Positions 1 to 7,300 of a DNA stretch of 64,000 bases are shown in pieces. The notes beneath the pieces were generated by a model that ran no database searches, was not told where the DNA came from, and saw only the letters and a program-made list of their open reading frames with translations. The stretch lies in contig JBJLBB010000001.1 in NCBI GenBank assembly GCA_045568435.1, forward strand, positions 492,413 through 556,412. Direction: 5' to 3'. How positions within the stretch are numbered: the stretch's first letter is position 1; each line of letters opens with the position of its first letter. The DNA is from Candidatus Poseidoniaceae archaeon. Its GTDB lineage: Archaea > Thermoplasmatota > Poseidoniia > Poseidoniales > Poseidoniaceae. Made by a program: the position numbers and the translations under genes.

Positions 1-1238
1 TCACCGCCGCCGTCTCCGCCACCACCGTTATCGTCGGGGCAACCGTCACTATCAGCATCGTTTTCTGCTGTTGAGGCTTCGTTAGGACAAGCATCGTTTG
101 AATCGGGAATACCATCACCATCGGTGTCATCACTTCCACCGCCACCGCCGCCACCGTTTTGTGCATCTGAACAACCCCAAGCATCGACTTCAGCACCAGG
201 TGCTGTCCCTGGACAATCATCCCAATCGTCTTCAACATCATCACAGTCTTCGTCTGGTTCACCCCAGTCAGAGGTAGTACAAGTTCTACCTGAGGTACTC
301 ATCATACCAAATCCACCAGAAGTTTCCATTGAAGAAGTAAAGGTGAGATTCTCATGGACCATTGAAAGAGTATCTTTAGCGAAGCAAGCAACACCGGATT
401 GTTCATCTGTAATTGTAGTAGTCATACCTGCAAAGTTCATTTCGAGCGTAGAGTTTCCAACGATACTTACACGATAGCATTCTTTTCCAGAAACTGTATC
501 AGAACCTGTAACTGTCATTTGATGATACTCATCGTAAGTTGTTCCAAAGAATTCTGGCATCGAAACTGAAAGATTCCAAAAATCTCCATTAGACCATACT
601 GGTGCTGATTGCTTATCAGTAGTATTTGCATTAGCGAACTGATATGTTGAAAGACTGGATGTGTACATTAAATTGCCTTTAGCATCATACTGTTCAGATG
701 CAGCATACCATCCAACTTCTGGAGAATACCATTGAACTGCATAACCTGCATCAATTTCCAGAACATATGCACCTCCACCTGCTTCAGTCATTGTAGCATT
801 GATTGAAACAAAGTAAACACCACCCATGTCTGTTTCCTCTTCACCAAGGAATATTGTATCACGAGTTTTACTTGGATTACTGACTCCTAAGTGAGTATTC
901 TCTTCATCCCAAACCGACATAGAGACTCCATCGCCAGATGCATGAGACAAGGTTAGCAGTAATGTTTGGCCTGATTCCAGCCAAATTTTGAACCAGTCAT
1001 GCTTATCATCCCACATATCGACTGTGCCTCTAACAACGTCTCCAGGATAGGTTTCTTGTCCAGAAGTATTGACATTATTCGGTTCTACTTCACTGATTAC
1101 ATCAACTCCCGATGCACCCGTGAATTGTGGTTCAAATGGACTTTCATCAAGCGATGATGATGTAACCAAAGGATACATGGCTGTCAAAAGCAAGATAGTA
1201 ATTACTGCTACTCTCATACACACTGGTAGTGAAAGCAT
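1..1238 (-). CDS. Secreted protein, partial (3' end beyond the window start). N-terminal signal peptide, PPC (pre-peptidase C-terminal-like) domain, C-terminal Asp-rich thrombospondin-type-3-like Ca-binding repeats. Not in the ORF track because no stop codon lies inside the window.
   Basis: Manual translation of the minus strand from the ATG at 1238 gives MLSLPVCMRVAVITILLLTAMYPLVTSSS..., then EPNNVNTSGQETYPGDVVRGTVDMWDDKHDWFKIWLESGQTLLLTLSHASGDGVSMSVWDEE (PPC-like EPN...D.D.Y/W...G..L...L...D.D..L.D signature), then DTDGDGIPDSNDACPNE...DADSDGCPDD near the window start. The plus-strand ORF 124..477 is its antisense artefact. Confidence 0.55.
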   Translation of the reverse strand, partial: MLSLPVCMRVAVITILLLTAMYPLVTSSSLDESPFEPQFTGASGVDVISEVEPNNVNTSGQETYPGDVVRGTVDMWDDKHDWFKIWLESGQTLLLTLSHASGDGVSMSVWDEENTHLGVSNPSKTRDTIFLGEEETDMGGVYFVSINATMTEAGGGAYVLEIDAGYAVQWYSPEVGWYAASEQYDAKGNLMYTSSLSTYQFANANTTDKQSAPVWSNGDFWNLSVSMPEFFGTTYDEYHQMTVTGSDTVSGKECYRVSIVGNSTLEMNFAGMTTTITDEQSGVACFAKDTLSMVHENLTFTSSMETSGGFGMMSTSGRTCTTSDWGEPDEDCDDVEDDWDDCPGTAPGAEVDAWGCSDAQNGGGGGGGSDDTDGDGIPDSNDACPNEASTAENDADSDGCPDDNGGGGDGGG

Positions 1239-1304
1239 CGTTTAATACTTAGGTTACACTATCGTAACTCTCAAGGAGTAACTATTTCCGCAGAAATTTA
1301 GTAT

Positions 1305-4300
1305 TCACTTTTTGTTATCGTGTAATTCTCTGGCTTGCTTAGCCCACTGGTCTCGCTTAACACGGCCTGGGAAGAACTCGATTGCTTTGTTGACTTCTTC
1401 TTCGATCTTAGACGTCATATTACCAACTTGTTCAAAGTTGTAAATTCCCAAAGCATTCAATTTTTCAGCAATAAAAGGCCCTATTCCTTTGATTTCTTGC
1501 AAATCGTCTTGCTCATCAATAGTGGCAACTCCAAGTGTGGAAAAGTCAATCGTCTTGGCTCGAGCTCTAACACGTTCTAATTCTTCTAACTTCTTGGCTC
1601 TCAACTTCTCTGTTTCTGCTTCTGTTTTTGCTTTTGCTTCTGCTTCTGCTTTTGCTTTTGCTTTTGCTTCTGCTTTTGCTTCTGTCATTGATTTGGCTTT
1701 TGCCTCTGCTTCAGCATTGGTTTTCTTACTTTCAGATTCGAGATTCTCCTGTTGCTTAACATATCCAGGGTCCGGCTTTACCTTAACATCCCAGATCAAG
1801 TAAACTGAATTTCTACCAATCTTGATAGCACCTTGGAATTCACCACCGCCGAGAGTTGGCTCTAAACTATCATCAAAGATTAGTTGGAACTTAATCACTC
1901 CTTCCTCGTCTGCTTCAAACATTCTTACTTCTTCATTTCCGTATGTCAGGTCTTCTGTCGTAAACTTGCGCTCGCCTTGTTGCACTGAGTAATCAACTGA
2001 TTGTATTTTCAAACCAGGAGTGATGTTGGTAATGGTAATCAATTCCTCGCTGTAGATTGTATCACCAGGGTTGACGTCATTGGCTGGTTTGAGGACGAAA
2101 GGATTGTCCTTTGTTCCTTCACCTTCAGCAAACTTAGGCCTTGAAGTGGTATTTTCTGGTTCTGCATCAAGAATTACTTCTTTATCGCTCGGGAAAAACA
2201 GTACAAATATCAATAATAATAGAAGAATGATAATCGGGAAACATATGTAACCCCACTTAAATTGGCTATCACCTTCATCTTCATCTTCTAAATCTATAAC
2301 TTCTTCAAGCACACTAATCGTGATGTTAAACGATTGGCCATGAGCAGAATTGTTTGCCCATATAGTGAACTGTGTAGCATCCATTGCTTCAGTTGGTGTA
2401 CCTGTTATACTTCCATCAAGGTGTGCGTCTCTAGCTGGACTCCATCCAAAGATTAGACCTGCAGGCAGTTCGCTACTAATCTCCCAAGTTGCAACTTCAC
2501 CTAGGCCAGAAACTGTCGGTAATTGAATACTAATTTCATTGCCTAAGGTAAGTGTCAATGTGTCTGAAGGGTATGTCATGGTAAATGGTAAGTCAAGGAT
2601 TGTATCAAGTGCGTCACAGATTCCATCGCCATCTTCATCGCCTGGAACACTGTTTTGAACGGAACTGTCAGTTCCACAATTTACTTCCATTTCGTCTGAC
2701 CAGTTGTCATTGTCATCATCAAGGTCCTCAACAAGAGGTGGCGTACTAGTGGATTCTCCGTTCAAAGTGTCTGGCATTCCGTCACCATCGCTGTCAATGG
2801 AACCTGCAGAGTCGAATGGGAATGCATCTGGTCCAACTGAACAACCACCATTGGCAGGCACTTCAGGCCCATCACAAACGCCATCACCATCGCTATCAGC
2901 GTTTGATGAGTCGGTTCCAGTATTGTTTTGGTCAACGTAAGTTGATGAGTTGGTTTCCACATCATTGAGTAGTCCATCACCATCAATATCTTCATCAAGT
3001 TCATCACAAATGGAATCACCATCAAGGTCTGTTATCAATGAATTAGCGTCAAGTGGGTCGGTTGCACAATTGACTTCTTCAGCATCGCTAAAGCCGTCTG
3101 AGTCATCATCCAAGTCTTCAACTAGGCCACCTGATGGATTGTAATCAAGTGGTAGTTGATTTGGCATACCATCCGAGTCTGAATCATCAAGAACGCCTAT
3201 TTGGATTACCATCACATCATTGAACAAACTGTTGTTAGCATAGATGGTGAAGTTTGTCAACAACATATCATCTGTTGGTGTTCCCCAAATGGTTCCATTG
3301 CTTGCTCCAATAAACATGCCATCAGGCAGGTCAGGACTAATTTCATAGACAGAGTCAGAGAGAGTTGATGTTGGTCCTATACTCAACATTTCTTCATTTA
3401 TCAGCAGGTAAATCGGACCAATCGAAAGGTCATAGTCTAAATCTTCAACAGTTACATTCACCTTAACGCTCATTGAACCTACATCATTAGTTGCAGTAAT
3501 TTCATACTCTGTGCGCACCTTGATTTCTGTGGCCGTACCGCTGAGTATTCCAGTACTTGTGTCAAAGAACAAACCAGCAGATGGTTCTGGGGTAATCGAC
3601 CATTGGGCAATTGCTCCACCTGTTGACTCAGGTACCATATTCAAGACACTCGAGTTGTTTAGCAGAACTTCATCCAAAGGCACGTATGCAATCATTGGCA
3701 CTTGGTCAAGAACGGTGATTTCAATTTGTGTCGTATCCGTTCCACCAGTATTGGTGGCAGATACGGTGTAGATTTCAGATGCCTTGACTTCGTCTGGTGT
3801 ACCAGATATCTCTCCAGTTAACACATCGAACATCAAACCAGAACTGAGTTCTGGCGTAATCGACCAAGTCACTACTGGTCCACCAAGGTTTGTCGGATTA
3901 AGTGGTAAATCACTGCTTACCGTATCATTTGTCATCTGAACACTTACCAGACTGTAAGAGATTTCCGGAACAATGTCAAGAATTGTGATGTTGATGTCAT
4001 GGGATGAATTACCACCAGTGTTGTTGGCCCAAATCTTGTAGAGTTGTATTGGTTGAATCGATGTTGGTGTCCCCCAAATCGTACCGTTGCTGGTTCCAAA
4101 AGATAATCCATTATCCAGTTCTGGATAGATGCTCCATATATCAACATCAGCAACAGTACCATTGGTTATAATTGGAGTCAATGCGGTCATTGGCTGACCA
4201 ATGGTAATGACTGAACTATCTGGATCATAATCGAGTTCAACTCCCGGCGCATTTACTGTGAAATTCAATGTGTGGTTTATTGCACCACCAGTGTTGTTAG

Positions 4301-7300
4301 CCCATACAGTTAGCATAGTTTGAGATGTGACATCAATAGGTGTGCCTGTGAACACACCATTAGTGAAGAAGAGTCCATTTGGCAGGACGCCTTCATACTC
4401 CCACGTCTCGACCATTCCACCAGTGACAGTTGGATGCAATGGTGTGATTGTCGTTCCAGTAACAAATATTTCATTCTCTCGACTGTAATCTAAGCCCACT
4501 CGTGGCTCATTGATGGTAATGTTGAAATTTTGGCTCACATTTCCACCCGTATTGTTAGCCCATACGGTGTATTGTGTTCGAGTCATGTTGATTATCGGAG
4601 TACCTGAGATTTCACCGGTTGCCGAGTCAAAGCTAAGACCGGTCCCGGTAAGTTCAGGTTCAATTTCCCAAGTTTCTACAATGCCGTTGGAGACTGGACT
4701 GATTGGTGTGGCCATCGGTTCAGCGCGTGTCAGATTGTAATTGTCTGCTGCGTAACTGAAGACGACTGGAACATCAGAGATTGTTATATTCAAGTAAACC
4801 GAAAGTTGGCCACCAGAATTATTACCCCAAATCAGATACTGAGTCTTACTTTGAACGTCAATTGGTGTACCCCAAATTGTTCCATTTCCAGGACCGAAAT
4901 TCAAACCGTTTGGTTCAGTTCCCACGAATTCCCACGATGTGATAGTACCACCAGTACTGATTGGTGAGAATGATGTCGCCGAGTTGTTGGTTAATTCAAC
5001 TTCTAGTGATGGATAGGTAAACGCTGGTGCGATGTCATCAACGGTCATCTCGATAGTAGTTGAAATGTCACCAGCAGAGTTGTTCCCCCAAACTGTGAAG
5101 GTAACTGTAGCAGTCACTGCAGTTGGTGTGCCGGTGATCTCACCAGTTGTATTATCAAATTCGATGCCGGCTGGCAAATCATCATATGAATCAATCGACC
5201 ATGATGTCGGTGCTCCGTCGGTATATGTTGGAGCCGCTGCGTTAACAATACTATTCTTAGTGAACGTATACGGTGAACCTGGATACGAAATTGAAGATGG
5301 TGCTTCATCTCGAACTGATATCGTAATTGTTGTCGAAATATCGTCGGCAGAATTGTTTGCCCATACGGTGAATGTAATGGCAGAATGTATTCCTGTTGGC
5401 GTACCAGTAATGACACCGTTTCCTGAGTTAAAGGAAAGTCCTGGTATCGAAGAAGAGAGAACAGGATAAATTTCCCATGTGCTTACTACTCCACCAACGT
5501 TGGTTGGTGTTTCTCCACTGACTGGGTCATTCTTAGTAAACGTGAACGGTGAACCAGCATACGAAATGTCGGCTGCTTCATCTTGAACAGTAATCGAAAT
5601 CGTAGTCGAAATATCGTCGGCAGAATTGTTTGCCCATACTGTAAAGGTGACTGCGGAAGTTACCGCAGTTGGTGTTCCGTAGATGGTTCCGTTGGACGGC
5701 CCAAACAAGAGGCCGCTTGGCAAGGTGGATGCTGCTGGATGAATAGCCCATGTGCTGACCGCTCCACCAGCGTTGGTTGGAGTTTCTCCAACGACTTCGG
5801 TGTTCTTGGTAAACGTAAACGGTGAATTCGCATACGAAATATCAGCCGCTTCATCTTGAACGTTGATTGTAATTGTTGTCGAATTGCTGCCCGCAGAATT
5901 GTTCGCCCAAACTGTGAATGTGGAAGACCAAGTCGCATACGGGATACCATAGATCTCTCCAGTCATATCGTTGAATTGGATTCCTGTTGGTAATGCTCCA
6001 TCTCTCACAAATAACGGTGTCCCTGTCGGTGCTCCACCGGTGTTGGTGAGGGTCACTCCGCTGATGGCGGAGTTTTTGGTGAACATGTATGATGATTGTA
6101 AGTACGAAATATCAGGCGCTTCATCTTGAACAGTAATCGAAATCGTGGTTGAAATATCATCAGCAGAATTGTTTGCCCATACGGTGAATATAATGGCAGA
6201 ATGTATTCCTGTTGGTGTACCAGTAATGACACCGTTTGCTGGATTAAAAGAAAGTCCTGGTATCGAAGAAGAGAGAACAGGATAAATTTCCCATGTGCTT
6301 ACTGCTCCACCAACGTTGGTTGGTGTTTCTCCACTGACTGGGTCATTCTTAGTAAACGTGAACGGTGAACCAGCATACGAAATGTCGGCTGCTTCATCTT
6401 GAACGGTAATCGAAATCGTAGTCGAAATATCATCAGCAGAATTATTCGCCCAAACTGTAAACATGACTGCGGAGGTTACCGCAGTTGGCGTACCAGTAAT
6501 GACACCGTTTGCTGGATTAAAAGAAAGTCCTGGTATCGATATCGAAATATCAGGGGTGATTTCCCAACCATCCGGAACGCCACCTGAGTTAGTTGGAGTT
6601 TCTCCACTGACTGGGTCATTCTTAGTAAACGTGAACGGTGAATTCGCATACGAAATATCGGCTGCTTCGTCTTGAACAGTGATCGAAATCGTAGTCGAAA
6701 CATCGTCGGCAGAATTGTTCGCCCAAACTGTGAATGTTGCGGTGGAAGTCACCGCTGTTGGTGTCCCGTAGATGGTTCCGTTGGATGGACCAAACAAGAG
6801 ACCGCTTGGCAAGGTGGATGCTGCTGGGTGAATCTCCCAGGTGCTAACCGCTCCACCAGCGTTGGTTGGCGTTTCTCCAACGACTTCGGTGTTCTTGGTG
6901 AACGTGAATGGTGAGCCGGCATACGAAATGTCAGGTGCTTCATCTTGTACCGTGATCGAAACCGTGGTTGAACTACTACCTGCTGAGTTAGTCGCTGTAA
7001 TCGTAACAGAAGCCGTTGCATAGACAGCTGTTGGGGTTCCAATTAAATACCCAGAGCCAGGAGGAAGAAAAATACCTGCTGGAAGCGTACCACTGGTGAC
7101 CGAATATGATGTGCTTGAGCCACCAAAATTGCTGGGAGCGTTAATTGTATGAGTTCCCTTGGTCCACAAGAACGGTGAACCTGGATAAGAAATATCAGGT
7201 GCTTCATCTTGAACGGTGATTTGGATTGTAGTGAAACCAGAGCCAGCTGGGTTGGTTGCTTGAATTACTATCGAGTGTACAGTACTCACCGCCGTAGGTG

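Noticed and set aside
124-477. Plus-strand ORF encoding a Pro/Ser-rich peptide (MSSLPPPPPPPF...).
   Set aside because: Antisense shadow of the minus-strand Asp/Gly-rich TSP3-like repeat region of the partial gene 1-1238. Its low-complexity composition mirrors GAT/GAC/GGT codons on the other strand.
1335-1803. Plus-strand ORFs 1335..1580 and 1489..1803 (the latter with AFASASAF repeats).
   Set aside because: Antisense artefacts of the conserved HhH tail and of the (AKAEAK)n microsatellite of giant gene 1. A near-identical shadow ORF (12951..13250) exists opposite gene 2.
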